A stretch of 64,000 nucleotides of DNA from Octopus sinensis (taxonomy: Eukaryota). The stretch spans positions 98,518,001 to 98,582,000 of the forward strand of contig NC_043000.1 in the NCBI RefSeq assembly GCF_006345805.1, in the 5' to 3' direction. Positions 41,382-55,299 of the stretch are shown here, one piece after another. A program made the translations under genes and the position numbers. A model generated the notes under the pieces. The model was not told the DNA's origin. It did not search any database and worked only from the letters and a program-made list of their open reading frames with translations. Numbering within the stretch: the first letter of the stretch is position 1; every line of letters starts with the position of its first letter.

Positions 41382-42604
41382 ACACACACCACACACACAC
41401 ACACTCACTCATATGTGCATGTATATAGGGGTAGACATGCTTTATACGGACAAAATTTGCGTTGTGCATAAGTGTTGGCGTGTGTGTGTGTTCGTGGTTG
41501 CGTGAGTACGCGTGTATATATGAATATATAGATGTGTGTGTGTGTGTGTGTATGTATATACATATATATATGTATGGCTCCTTATATGTATTCATTTACG
41601 TGAATTGGTGCACACACATGTATCTTCATGTATGTGTGTATATGTGCATACTTATTTGAATCTATTGTTTGTGTATGTATATATATGTCTGTGCATTCGT
41701 GTGTATGTTTATATGTATATACATATAAATATATTTAGATGAGTATATCTATGCATACGTATATATATGTATATGTAAATGCTTTTTGACCGGTGATAAT
41801 ATATGTTTATGTATTATTTTTTATATAATTTTTCCTCAGCTTTATAACCTACTTACCTAAGCATTTATTTTATCCCCTCTATCATATGTTACTCTTCTTC
41901 ACTGTAATTTATTATTCATCCTCTATTTATTTACCCATTATTACCCTGATTAAATTCATATATTATCCATTACCCACTAAAACAACCTATAACCCACTAA
42001 TCCGAACATATACCAATATTAGCCATAAAATAATACTCAGTCTGCTGCGACGATTCTAAAAGACAACAAATTTAAAACCTAACGGTACATCCTTTTTCTA
42101 CCCCTCTGAAGGAATTTCGCCTAATACAATGATTTTAATAATTTCTATTTCATCTTTTAGGCTGATTTGAAAGAGCTGTAAGGAACTATGTTTGATTTTT
42201 GCAGATAATAGATTTTTGTTAAATGGTATATCTCCATTTTTAAACTTTCCTTTGAATGATCATAAACCTATTGTTTCATGAATATTATCATTCACAATAA
42301 ATATTACGTATTGAATCAGTAATTCATTGTATGTCACCATCCCTTAATGAGGCTAATTTAACCTGCAATTGAATATATATATATATATTGTTTCGTTTAC
42401 GCATATTGATACCGATAATCTGGCTGGTGCTGGAATACAATATACATTTACTTTAAAATAAAGATTCTGTTGAGTATAGAGCGTAATGACAAAGGAACAA
42501 TAAATTATACAGTTAACTTTATTAGCGTACACCTAAGCTACTGCAGCTCATTGCACAATTTCCTATTCTTTTGTCAGTTAATTTCACACACATGTGTGTA
42601 TTTT

Positions 42605-42710
42605 CCTAAGAATATTTTGTAATTATTATTATAAAAACGTCTGCTATGTTTACCTCTCCTAAGGATATTTTGTAATTATTATTATAAAAACGTCTGCTAT
42701 GTTTACCTCT
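42605..42710. repeat. 53-bp tandem duplication
   Basis: CCTAAG(A/G)ATATTTTGTAATTATTATTATAAAAACGTCTGCTATGTTTACCTCT twice. Confidence 0.9.
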
Positions 42711-43124
42711 TTATACATTTTAACATGTCTAAGATTTTATTTGCAGGAATATCTTTGAAATCTATCCGCTTCCGTTGTAGTTGTATTTGTAATTGTAAAA
42801 TTTTCTTTAAGCGTAATTGTCTTTAGATCAAAAGCAATTACCTCACGTTACTCACCTTAGTTTTTCACACACCTAATAACAGAAACGCTTCCTCTTCGCC
42901 TATTTTTTCGTACAAGTATTTGTTTTTCTAATTACACTGCCTGTAGAGCGTCCTAATTGACATTTCTTAAAATATACTTAGTTAAAACAAAAACTTGTTT
43001 TAATTTAGCGACCCAACTCTTTATAGGATAGAAACATTGCTCTCAGTAGCAACTGGTAGTTCAATGCATACTTATTGATTTGACACCATTTTGTGTAACA
43101 TAATCTTCTTTATCTTCTTCTACT

Positions 43125-43320
43125 TATTTCAGTCGTTAGACTGTGGCCATGCTGGTGCGTCACCATACAAGATTTTCTTTTTAGTCGAACTAATCAATCC
43201 TTGTAGTTATATTTGTTGTTAAATCTAATACTTATTCTATCGGCCTTTGTTGCCGCACAGCTAATTTACTGGGTATCAAACAACCTAACACTGGTTGTCA
43301 AGAAGTGTGGAGGGGATAAG
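43125..43320 (-). mobile_element. SINE family B 3' half, degenerate
   Basis: TTCAGTCGTTAGACTGTGGCCATGCTGG...GGTTGTCAAG. Confidence 0.6.
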
Positions 43321-43483
43321 CATAGACATAACGATACATGCACACACATACCTTTATTTATATATATTATTATTTTAAGAGTCCTTTGACAAGTTTCTGT
43401 CATGTACGTATAGCTGTTTCCTCTTCTGTAGTGTTTTGTTTCACTGTCTCTGCAATATTAAGCAAAACATAAAACTACCCCGC

Positions 43484-43522
<39 letters not shown>

Positions 43523-44070
43523 CCCTTTGCTTTCTTTCTACTTCCCTCGATTCAAAGTTACGCTTTTTAATCACAAGACGATGCTTGCATTTCCGTGCAA
43601 AGAAACCGCATGCTGAATGAAAATGGCATAAATACAACTAAAATTGCAAACACAACCTATGCGGGTGGATTTGCCCATTTAATTTATAATAAAATATTGA
43701 TTACAGCAGTAATTGCATAGATATCAGGACACAGCCAACTGGTAACAATGTTTCCTGGGGTTAAATAGCAGTAGCATTCTTCTCTTTCCTGGGACTGCCA
43801 TATTAATTTGGCAACAAACCATCACTTTATCGTGCTGCTGCTGTATAAGTCTCTCTGAGAGATTTAGAAATGCACTATTTCTAATTTTGTAGATCAGTGA
43901 ATTTATTTCACTTGAAATTCTATAAGTTTTCAAAGGCGAATAAGCATTGACAACTACCAAGGCGACGCCTTTTTGTAGTCTTTGGAGAAACCTAAGCGGA
44001 ATTTTTGTGCGAAGCCACCATCGTTGGGTGGTAGAGAATTATTGAAAAATGAAAAGTTATGCGGACGCTA

Positions 44071-44955
44071 CTGGAGGTTGAATTCCCCTAGACCCACATG
44101 CGCTGAAGCCGGAGATGATGGAGTGGAATGAGGAGAAGATAACCAAATATTATGGTATGATAAAGAAAGAAGGATCAAATATAAAAATGACCCTGCCAGA
44201 GGAGGAAAAAAGAAAAATGGAAAACAAGACGGTCATATTCAGAACATTTTCTAATGTAAATAGGAAAATAAAAACACGCGCAGCAAGAAGAGATAGAGGA
44301 AATCTTGGCGGAACAAATAGGAGAAAGGATAACGTTCTTTACAAGAGGAAAGAAATTTGCGACTATAGTAGTAACCTTTGTATCAGAAGAAGAGGCGAAA
44401 AAAACCGACAACAGGCTGATACAGGGAGAAAAATGGACGTTGATGTCCAACTTTTTGGGCAAAAGAATCGTTAAGATTAGGGCGGGAAGAATCTCACCGT
44501 CGATAGACCCAGAATGGGTGATGGTCGCAACTATTAATTTAGAGATGAGGAACAATGGAGAAGACCTGAGAATCGGAATGATAAGCCGAACACAAGTGAA
44601 ATGAGTGGGTTATGGTCTAGAAATAATCTGCGCAGTGAGCCCGGAATATTACGACGAAATGGCGGAAACTCTGGAATTACCAAATGGAGAAAAACTGGAA
44701 ATAATGTTGGAGGGGAGACCCCTAAAGTGTTATGGGTGTGGTAAAAGAGGGCACTTGAGAAGGAAATGCCCTAGAGCAGCAGTGGAAATGGTAGAGGAGA
44801 GTGTTCAGGAAGATATAATGGTAGAAATAAAGCAGAAACAGAAACTGGAATTTTGCGGAGGTGAAACCCAGGAAAAGAGAGAGAAAGAAGTCACCGACGG
44901 CAGTGGAAATGAAGAAGTATTTCTTTATTACCCACAAGGAGCTAAACATAGATGA
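44071..44955 (+). pseudogene. gag/ORF1-like retroelement ORF with CCHC zinc knuckle, frameshifted
   Basis: MKSYADA start, FATIVVTFVSEEEAKK, LEIMLEGRPLKCYGCGKRGHLRRKC (CX2CX4HX4C). Confidence 0.7.
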
Positions 44956-45677
44956 GATAATACACACATGCGGGGACAATCAACACATGAAAGAATGGAA
45001 TAGTGAAATTATGCAATGAAGATGGAACGGCCACCCCAGCCCTGCTCCTGGGTGGTTAAGTTATTTAAATTATTTCAACAGTTCTTTTGAAAATTATTTC
45101 AACATTTTTCAAAAGTTCTGTTCAAAATAAAACTCTACTTACCACTCTATATAGTTTTTAATTTCCCCATAGTTCACCACTGGAGCGCTGGGTTGGAAAT
45201 TCACCTCGGGCCCCAGTGGGTTTATATCTGATGGGAAAGCATAAACACGTCCGTAAGTCGTTATGTAAAATGTAAAGCTTTAAAGAAAAAGGAATCGACG
45301 GTTTCATCTCGCAGCGCGGGCGAGATGGCCGTCTCATTTGCATTGTAATTTTATTCATTTCACATTCATTCTTTCATGCGTTTTTTGTTCCCGCATGTCT
45401 TTGTATGTCCCCTCTGTAATTAGGCCTTGTGTCTGTAATAAAGAATTAAGCTGCCTTTTTCGTCTATGACACGGAGTTGTTTTCAGTTATTACCTGCGGT
45501 GTGTGAGTTCGTTTCCTGTTGTATTGTTGTGAGTTTTGTTATATTTGTATTAAAGATTTTATTGTGATTTGTACTGTTATCCTGTGGAAGACGGTAGTTT
45601 TCGCCCATCGGGGTGGAGAGTTTCTACAAATTATTTGTTGAATTGTGAATTTGTGAAGAGAGTTTCTGAAAATTTTT

Positions 45678-46560
45678 GTGTTAGCCGACGAAGCTGTGGA
45701 CACTCAACCAGCCGTTGACTGTGCTACGGCGACGGGAGAGGGTGCAAATAGCGGTGCTTTGCAGGTCAGAGAGGTAAGGTTTGACGAGGGAAGGCTTGAA
45801 AAGGCGAATGAATTAATTGCTAAGGAGGGAAACGTCCTGAGACTGGCCCCTCCAAAGGAAATGTTGGAAGAAGCAGCAAGGAGAACATTTGTTTCTGAAA
45901 CACTGTCGAGCAGCAGCAGATGGATTGAATTGGCAAGCACTGAAGAGATGGAGGAGTGCCTCAAAGTGGTGAAGCACCTTGTTACGTGCTGCACTAGAAG
46001 CAAGATGTACAGCACAGTGGAGGTACGGTTTGCGACCGAAGAAGACGCAATAAAGTGCTCCACTGTGCCACTGAGGTCAGCTGAGTAGGCGCTGCTGCCG
46101 ACCTATTGCAGCAAGCGTGCGGCCGGAATTGGGATGGGCGGGGTGCCCCCAGAGATGGATGAAGCGTGGCTGGTGGCAGCAGTCCTCTTGAGCGCCGAGG
46201 AGGAGTCTAATGTCCTGGGGATCATGAGGAAGGTGGAAGTGAGCTGGTTTGGGTGCGGTTTTGAGGAGATAGTCTAGGTTAGCGTCCCGAGCCTTCATAG
46301 GGTTATGGATGAGATTGTGTTGCCGGAGGACGTCGAACTGCGAGTGGTGGTGGAGGGAGGAACTCCCATCTGCTGCCACTGTGGAGTGCGGGGTCACATG
46401 CAGGCGGGGTGTCCTCGGAAGCAAAAGGTGGAACAGGAGCATCAGGAGAGGGAGGTGGAGCAGGGTGTGTTGGCGCAAGGCTAGGTTGAGGAGGTGGAGG
46501 TGGCGGAGGCGAAACACCCAGTCGGAAGGAGAGGAGGAGAGGAAGGAAAATGCATTGTCA
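45678..46560 (+). pseudogene. second, diverged gag/ORF1-like ORF with CCHC knuckle, in-frame stops
   Basis: YSTVEVRFATEEDAIK, VPPEMDEAWL, LRVVVEGGTPICCHCGVRGHMQAGC. Colinear with 44071-44955. Confidence 0.7.
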
Positions 46561-46982
46561 CCTCCAGAAGGCCCACAGAAGGAAAGAAAGAGCAATTTGG
46601 AGGGGATGCAGATAGAGGGTGCAGAGGTGGCAAAGGGGAGGGTTGCAGAAGAGAGAACAATTGGGGGAAGAAGTATGCAGAAGGGAAGGTAAACAACAAC
46701 TAGGAGGGGTATGGACATTCAAGTGCCAGGAGCATCGGGAGAGAGTGAAGATGGAGGTTGGAAAGGAGAAGCACAGACTTACATCACACACGCACACACA
46801 CATATATACCTGCATGCGTGCATACATACATGGTGGCTATCAACTCGTAGACGAATATGACCATCACTATCAAATTTTCATAGGCTATACATTAAAGAAA
46901 ATGGCAGTCGGCAATGCCCGTGCTGAAAGTTGAAGTTGATAACAGCTTCCACAACGCTGCTAAGACTCACTTACAAAGCCAT

Positions 46983-47075
46983 TAAATTAAGTACCAGTTG
47001 CGTACTGGGGTCCTTCTAATCGACTGGCTCCATCTCCCCAAAATTTCGGGCCTTGTGCCTTGAGTAGAAAAGAAT
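46983..47075 (+). mobile_element. SINE family A 3' fragment
   Basis: TAAATTAAGTACCAGTTGCGTACTGGGGTC...TTTCGGGCCTTGTGCC. Confidence 0.65.
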
Positions 47076-47192
47076 AATCCAGAAACAAGCAAGAGAAAGA
47101 TCTACGGCTTTGCAATGCACTGGATGTTTCTTATTTTGGAATTACCGTTGTCTTCCAGAAATATCTAAACAAGGACTTGGGGTTACTAGCTC

Positions 47193-47413
47193 CACGAGAG
47201 GGTGCTGAAAAGTTCCTGACTTTGAGTGAAATAAAATACAGGAGGATCAGTTAATTGTGATGTTATTGACCATATACCGCTCTCAGATTCACACACATAT
47301 TGTAGCGGTCATTCAGTTTTTCTATGCCCTGTAAAAGAACTTGGAAATTTGAACCTCTAACCAGGCCTTTCGTTATACCTTTAAAGCCAGGAACTTTTCA
47401 GCACCCTGTCGTA
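47193..47413. mobile_element. mariner-type MITE (~220 bp, ~30-bp TIRs)
   Basis: CACGAGAGGGTGCTGAAAAGTTCCTGACTTT / AAAGCCAGGAACTTTTCAGCACCCTGTCGTA. Confidence 0.85.
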
Positions 47414-48897
47414 AGCTGTTGGGTGGCCATTGACTTTACTGAGGGTATTTATCCTTTGATAGGTTTTGCTTTTCGTGCGTAGGGTGTCCAACGGAAAACT
47501 ACCCCCTTACCATTTAGGCGTTAGGGGTGTCGGCTTAGTTACTGAGAGCCCGACCTTCGGTTAGCTGTACTGGGTTACAGGTTACTAATAGCACTATGTA
47601 TACAGACACATATACATACATACATACGTATATACATACACATGTATGTACATTCATACACACACGCACACGCACATATATGGAGAAAGAACAATAAAGA
47701 GGGAAGACAGACATTTACACATGCAAAGACGTAGATACATGTAAAGGTAAATATACATATAAAGATACGTATAAAACAAGTATTTGAAGTGAAATGATAT
47801 GTATAGCAGACACACATACACGCACACAGAGAATGTGCTGTGCGATACTATCAAATTACTGTTATTGTTAAATTCCAGATCATCGCTGAACAAAAACATT
47901 CCAGCCATGACTACCTCATAGTTGTGTATATCTTGTACTGCATTGTCCAATGTGTTTTCCCATTTTCGTTTTAATGAATATTGAAAGAACTAGTAGGGTA
48001 TGATTTGAAGGAGACTGGACTGCTGTTTCATGCACACATGACGCCCGGAAAATAAAATGAAAATATAACAAAAACATGTGACCTTCATTTCAGGTAAAAA
48101 TAAATAGTATGGAAAAATGTATGAGAGGACTGCTCATGTATAGTTTTTCCTCTTTCAACAGTTGTGAGAAAGGTAGCTATTACAACTATTCAGTATTCGG
48201 AGAAAAAAAGAAATTGTTCTGTTTATGTAATACAGCGTAATAATACCTGTTTATATACATTGTATATATCACATATGATTCAGACATACACATATACATA
48301 CATGGATAACTTTATTCATATACGTGTGTGTGCGCGTGTGCGCGCATATATATATATATATATATACTAAGCAATAAGGGTTCAGCAACGAAGGTTTTTC
48401 CTCAAATGAGGCTTTTACATGCCGAAGACTACTTGGTGTAATTGATAATTATTCTAAATTAATTAATTTCACCCTTCATTATTACGGATATATATATATA
48501 TATATATATGCATATATGTAACTACTTGGACTGTAGGTATATGTTTATTAGTATATCGATTAAAGTACATTCACCGTTTGGTATACCTGATGTCATACAC
48601 AGTAACAATATCATTCTCACTGGATCTGCGTCAAGAAATCAGCAGTGTTTGTTGTGTTTATAGTTGATGAAGGAAAAGGAAGATGGGTTTAGTTCGAATC
48701 TTTACTCAGCATGAACATTTACTGTGATCTTGGCATGAGTTTCTGGCTAGTTACGCATTGGTACAGCCAGAACAACATGCCAACGAGATCTCAATATATT
48801 TAGGGAGATATATTTCTCTACACCAAACACTAGAAGTGAAACAACTTGACGCACAATATTCTACCCACCATGGGTCAAATGAAAGATGGGTTTAAAC

Positions 48898-50700
48898 CAG
48901 GGACGTCAAACTCAAAGTACGCTTTAGGTTGCAGGCCGAACTGGATAAACATTTATTGAATAGACTAAAACTTTTTGAACAGGAACATGTATTGAAACGG
49001 ATGGTAAATAATTTTATTCCAAAAATAAATTAACTTTAACTTAAATTACTTAAAATATTTGCTCCGCATAAAAATATCTTCTGTCAAAATTATAAAAATT
49101 TAAAATAAGAGTATGTTGTAAAAAACAAAAAACAAAAAAGAAAAAAAAGAAAATATGAATAAAAAATGTAGTTTTTAGTGAAGATTAAAATAATGAATCA
49201 AAACTTTCAATTTTCTTTTTGCAATTTTATCCGAGCAACATACTTGGAATATTTTCTTGGCAACGAGTTCATTGATATTTGGTGGCAACGCTATGTGTTG
49301 TTTAGACTCTCAGGGTGAACTGAAGGCGTTCATCTATGAGACGCATCCTATGTGACGTTTTATTCTTCATCACAGAGAACATCTGCTTGCACACGTATGT
49401 GCTTCCAAACAAAGACAGCGTTCGAATGGCATGTAAACGGAGCTGAGGCATTGTTCCGGGTATGAAGTGAACTGTACGGCCTCACAGAGTCGTACTTTGC
49501 TTTTAATGTCCCATTACACTGCAGTTCTATTAGCTCCATTTGAATCTATACAGGTACAGTTACCACACTGACGGCAAATCGGTTGCGAAGCAGCTCGAAA
49601 TAATTTTTCAGTGCTTCACAGTCACTAAAGCACTGTGCTAATTCAGTGTGGAACATACTCAATTTATCAGCAAAGTGTTGCTTTGGGAAAACCGTGGCGC
49701 TGACTTGGCTCAAGATTACAGGGAAAGTGAGACAAGTTCAATTGGTGCATTCGTATCTCCCATAAGCGCAGCTTCACTTGAAATGCCTTCACAGCGTCAT
49801 GCATATCATAGATCATGCGATTCCATCTCTGGAGCTGGATGTTTAAAACATTGAGATGCACAGTTATGTCAACCAGAAACGCCAACTCCCATTTTCACTT
49901 TTCATCCTGAAGATCTTTGGATTCTTTTTTTTTACTGTCCATGAATTGACATATCTCCTCAACCAGCTCAAAAACTATACTGAAAACCTTTCCTCGACTG
50001 AGTCACCACACTTCCGTATGATAAGGTACGTCCTGAACTCTGAATGTATTTCCCGCGGGGAAGACTGAAATTGGTGGTGATTTAACTCTTCGGCTAGGAT
50101 AAAGTTTATGGTTTGCATTACAGTGGCTCATTACATGTTCCATTTTTAAGGCTTTAGCGCATAGCGTTTCCGGGTGTATGATGCAGTGATATGCAGTCAA
50201 CTCACCAGCGTAATTCTCTTCTTGCATCTTAAACGTATCCCACCCACTAGTCCACTTTTTCCCCGCACATCGCCGGTGTTCCATCTGTTGTAAATCCAAC
50301 AGGTTTGTTCCAAGGAAGTCTCAGGTCAGTTACACTCATATTTTTTCAGAGATCCTTTCCTGTTATTGTCCTGTGCATCGATTTTATGTCCAAAATTTCC
50401 TCCATAACGAACAAATTGGACTCCACTCTACGGATGAAGATAACCAGCTGTTCCATATCAGTCGTGTCAGTCTGACACGACTGATTTGTCTTGATGTTTT
50501 GTCTCGTAGTGACGTTTGAGATTATACATTTTAAGTACAGCAACATTAGCACCACAATTAAGACACAGGGGTTTGTCATCAATGTCAGTAAACGTGTACT
50601 CGGTTTCCCACCGGATTTGAACGGCTCTGTTTTCAGCATCGACTTTTCTCTTGGTCATTGATATAGATAGCTACTACAACAGAATGACATCACGTGAAAA
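48898..50700 (-). mobile_element. hAT DNA transposon (Buster/SPIN/GTF2IRD2-like transposase), decayed
   Basis: MTKRKVDAENR..WETEY..KPLCLNC..VLKMYNLKRHYETKH zinc finger, YHCIIHPETLCAK, AFLVDITVHLNVLNIQLQ, C-terminal FGSTYVC..FS.MK. hAT-like end CAGGGACGTCAAACTC at 48898. Confidence 0.9.
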
Positions 50701-50989
50701 TGATCACCCAAAAGAGCAGTAACGCGGCTGTTGCGGTTCATTATGGCATTAGTAGATTTTACGTCATCAGTGTTTCATAACACGCGATTAGAGAATCGGA
50801 GGTTGTGTTACCAGCGTGCTTTGTTGCAGTTACAATTACGACATGTGACTGTGTTATGATGCCGCTTTTATGGTTAACGAAAAATCCATAAATGCAAAAG
50901 GAAAAGTGATGCTTGTAAATCTTCAGCAAGCAAATATATACAGTTAACACCTCCGGATGATTTAAAGCTGAGACCAATCATAGAAAGCC

Positions 50990-52445
50990 AGGCATGTGAA
51001 ACACACAGACTCAGCAACGTCTTGGACATCCTCCTAAAACTCTTCCTAAAATATATATAGCGCTACATACGAGCTGACCTAGACATACTAAATCATCTGC
51101 CAAAAACGGTAAATAAATATCCAATTTTTACTTCATTTGACGTTGTCAGATTATATACTAACATTCTCCATGACTATGGAATAACTGTTTAGACACTCAC
51201 CAATCCGAACTTCCAACATGCATAGAAAAAGAATTTATCATTCTTGGGCTCAGACTCATACTTGAAAACAACTACTTTACCATCAACGGTTCGGATTACC
51301 GACAAACATCAAGAACAGTGATGGGTACGAATGTAGCTCCCACATACGCCAACTTAATCATGGTATCCACTAACAAAACATCTACGACCAATCTCTTCTA
51401 ATATTCGGAGACACGTTTCATACACAACTCAAAACAATTGGGAAAGATACCCGAATAATTGCTTTGTCTTATAGAAGGAAACCTTTGACAAACTAACTGA
51501 ATTTAAAATTATATTAAACAACCTAAGCAATAACATCCAATTCACAATGGAGTTTAAACCCCAAAGAACTCGTCTTTCAGGATAGTCTAATCACAAACCA
51601 AGATGGAAAAATAGAAAGGGAGTTATTCTTTTTACATCACTTCAACCGAAACACACCAAACTCAACATTTCCTTCAACCTGGCAAAATGAATTTGTATCA
51701 GAACCATCCAAGCGTCAACAAAGACTAGCGTAACTGAAGGACACACTTATCCAAAGAGCCTGCCCTCCTGTCATAATCACCAACGGAATAAACAAGGTAA
51801 AACAAATGGATATCGATGAACTTATGAGAAGAAAAAAAAACGGAAAACGTCTTAGCATTTGTGTCAACCTTCAATCTCAGGAACACCGAAATATTTGAAC
51901 ACATCCACAAAAACCTCTCCATTTTATTTGCAGGTGAAAAAAATGAGAAAAATCTTATAAAAACAACAATCAGCAAAAAGCAAAAGGCAGCCCCAAACAC
52001 CAAAACTTATTCTCACTGGAGCAAAATCACAAAGAAACCCCAACTCATCTGTTACAAAATGCGGCACTTGCCGTTACCTAATTGATGGACCAGAAATTAA
52101 ATTCAAAGACGGCCAAACCTTCAATGTTAAATCCCATATTACCTGCAACACAGAAAACCTAATCTACGTAATCACATGCTATGGTTGCCAACATAACTAT
52201 ATAGGTCAGACGGGCGGATTGTTACGCAACAGAATGACGTCTCATCACCAACACATCCGAGACAAAACCACGAGGAAAATTCCTTTAAGCAGTCACATTG
52301 CAACCTATTCAGGAAAGGACTTACCCAATTTCAAAATCTTTCCCCTCAACAAGTGTTCAGATTTTTCAACCAACAATAAAGATTAAATAAAGAATGGCAA
52401 TTTATTAATAGATATCCTATATCCACAATTGGATATAGAACCAAC
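50990..52445 (+). mobile_element. Penelope-like element (RT plus GIY-YIG), decayed
   Basis: SFDVVRLYTNI, LILENNYFT, MGTNVAPTYANL, NIQFTME, then ITCNTENLIYVITCYGCQHNYIGQTGGLLRNRMTSH. Confidence 0.9.
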
Positions 52446-52520
52446 CTCTACCAATCAATAAATAAGAATGAGCACTTAAGTAATTTATACATACTGCTGA
52501 TTTGGAAAGTACTTAAATCT

Positions 52521-52737
52521 TCAGCGACTGAAGAAGGGGATTTTTCGTTGTGCTTATTGTCCTGTATCTCTCCCCTTTTTTTTGCTTGTCTTGTTCCTTG
52601 GTTTGTGTCTATGTGTTTCGTCTCTCTATGTGTCCGACGTCTTTTTGGTGTCCTGTACACATATATGCGTGTATATGTACATGTAGAGGTAGGTACGTAC
52701 ATATATGTTTATATATATGCATATATTCTATTTTATT

Positions 52738-52740
<3 letters not shown>
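52521..52740 (+). repeat. ~220-bp repeat 3' of the Penelope ORF (also 58341-58560, partial 57640-57720); possible pLTR
   Basis: AGCGACTGAAGAAGGGGATTTTTCGTTGTGC...GTAGAGGTAGGTACGTAC near-identical between copies. Confidence 0.8.
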
Positions 52741-52782
<42 letters not shown>

Positions 52783-53707
52783 CACACATACACATATATG
52801 TATATATATATATATAATATATATATATATATAAATTCGGGGTGAGTACTTGATAATTATAAGCACCTGTGTATACCGTTTGGTGGTGTAGGTGGTGGAG
52901 TAAATTGATCAAAATAAAAACATGATGCGAAGGATTCAGCGGTACATATGTTTCGGGCCTTTATTAGACAGATTTATAACAATGCATAATGTATGTCTGT
53001 GGCCTTCTTCAGCCGCGCACAACAGCTTCCACAAGGACATGTGTTACATCAAAAATTCTTGGTTGGGGATGCAAATCCTCTCATTCGCGTACGACATAAT
53101 GCGGCAGCAGCATAGAATTGAAGCGTCCATCTCCTTCTTCTCTCAATGTAGAATGAGGAAATTTGGATGTTGAAGTAATGTAAATAAATAAATACATATA
53201 TAGACGTGAAGATGGAGGGGCGAGAATTCAGGACGGGGGATAAAAAATGTATAAAAAGTGTAAGTATAGAAAAATATAAAAATGTAGAGTATAAAGATAT
53301 AAAGGGGTATAAGGAGATGTAAAGGGGGTATAAAGAATATAAAGAAATATAAAGAAATATAAATAAATGTAAAGGCATAAGGTTATAAAGTAAAAATAGA
53401 AATAGAAATAAAGGTAAAAAGTAAAAAAATAAAAATAGGAATAAACATGTTAAAATGTAAAAGAATATAAAGATAAGGGATGTATAGAGGTTACGGACCA
53501 AACATGGTGGTCAGGAGATTGATAAAATTTAGTTGTAGAAGTTTTGGGTGTCAATAAATCAACAGTTTCGTCTGGGGACCTAATGTGTTGTAAATCAGAG
53601 CTGTTGAGCGTTTAATCTTGTTCTTTGAATTAATTGGTCATCTAGTACACACATACCATCATGGATACATGCACCCATATACACGCGTACACATATATAT
53701 ACCTATG

Positions 53708-53744
<37 letters not shown>

Positions 53745-53965
53745 TATATATTTTTATTAAAATTACAAAATTATCACAAAGAACTGTTACCCAGAGTCTC
53801 ACGCCCCCGTTCGTCGAAAGCTTGTGATGAGTGTCCGACGGACGGGAACATGAAACTGATTAACAATTTTGTAATAATTTTGCAGCGTTAATAATAATAT
53901 ATTACAGTATTTTGGGTTTTCAAGTACTATTTTTCCACTTTGTTTTGCACTTATGTGCTCGCCTG

Positions 53966-54043
<78 letters not shown>

Positions 54044-54054
54044 TGTCTTTTGCT

Positions 54055-54180
54055 TGTCATTTCCCTGCGGCTATGCTGGGGCACTGCCTTGAAATTTTAG
54101 TCGAATGTGTCGACCTCAGTACTTATTATTCAAAGTACTTACTCTATCGGACCCCTGTGTCGAATCTCTAAGTTAACACA
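54055..54180 (-). mobile_element. SINE family B 3' fragment
   Basis: GCGGCTATGCTGGGGCACTGCC...TCGACCTCAGTACTTATT. Confidence 0.6.
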
Positions 54181-54228
54181 CCACCACACACCATATATAA
54201 ATGTACATACACATCTATATACTGTGCG

Positions 54229-54549
54229 CGGACAGGATTCCTAATGCACTTTTGCCGGAGGACAAGAAGCCGAAGCCAAGGAGCCGAACGGACACAATGC
54301 CGGACGGACATAAAGCCGAACGTACATAATCATGAAAAAAAACCATTTCTACCTACATAGTTTAATGACCAGTTCAGTTTGTAAATTGCTCATACTGTAG
54401 GAATAAAATGATTATCATATATTTTAATTTTCGTATGTCTTTTCGGCGTCTTGTCCGTTCGGCTTTACGTCCGTTCGGCATTGTATCCGTTGGGCTTCTT
54501 GGTTTCGGCTTCTTGTCCTTCGGCAAAAGTGCATTCGGCATCCCGTCCG
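54229..54549. mobile_element. foldback-like MITE with TIRs built of ~15-bp GCCGAAnGGACA subrepeats
   Basis: 54229-54330 is the reverse complement of ~54440-54549. Confidence 0.75.
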
Positions 54550-55299
54550 TGTATCCTATATACATACATATACATTCATGCATAAATGCATATCTACATA
54601 TAAGCATAAATAGATGCATACATAAATACACACATGCATGCATCCGCATGTACATATACAATCATACATACATACCGACATACCTCTGTACACTAATATA
54701 TACCCATATATACATTATATAGACGTTATTTCCAATTCCCATCATTGTATGTAAAGTTTGCTCCCTTAAATACGTCTTTTCATTCCTGCATATCCCCTAA
54801 ATTAAACTGTCGAGTGTCTGCTAATATTTTCCCCCATTTTTAAATATACTAAAGGTATTGATAGTGTTGTTGTTGTTGCTATTGCTGTTGTTTAGCCTCA
54901 GCTCAGCTCAGAGTTTGCGATTTTTGACAGGATGTTAGGTGATCGATTAAGCGCAAACACAGATCTGCTTTTTTGGAACATATTGTATCTCTACATATAT
55001 GAAGATAAACTACATAGCACAGCGTGGTTAATTGTATGACGCTGTAATATGAACATGTTGTATACACATGAAATTTAATCTAAAAGCTTCGCTTACTTTG
55101 TAATTGATATGCATGAAATTAAGTGTTACGTTTTGTCATTTGACACAACCTGCCGTCTCCATCCTTTATAGATTTTAAATGATCAAATACTACTTTTATT
55201 TGTTCAGCCACAGAAGTAAATAGTAAGTTGAAAACCCAGAGACCAGCAAATCCTACCCTGCCTTGAGCAACAATAATAGGAAAGAGCGGAATGTGTCCA

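Noticed and set aside
53200-53480. 150-aa F/L/Y-rich ORF at 53049-53501
   Set aside because: Antisense of an A-rich low-complexity tract.
53803-53866. GTGATGAG...GAAAC near a CCCGTTCGTCG/CGACGGACGGG hairpin
   Set aside because: C3 missing and no valid stem III or NUH site.
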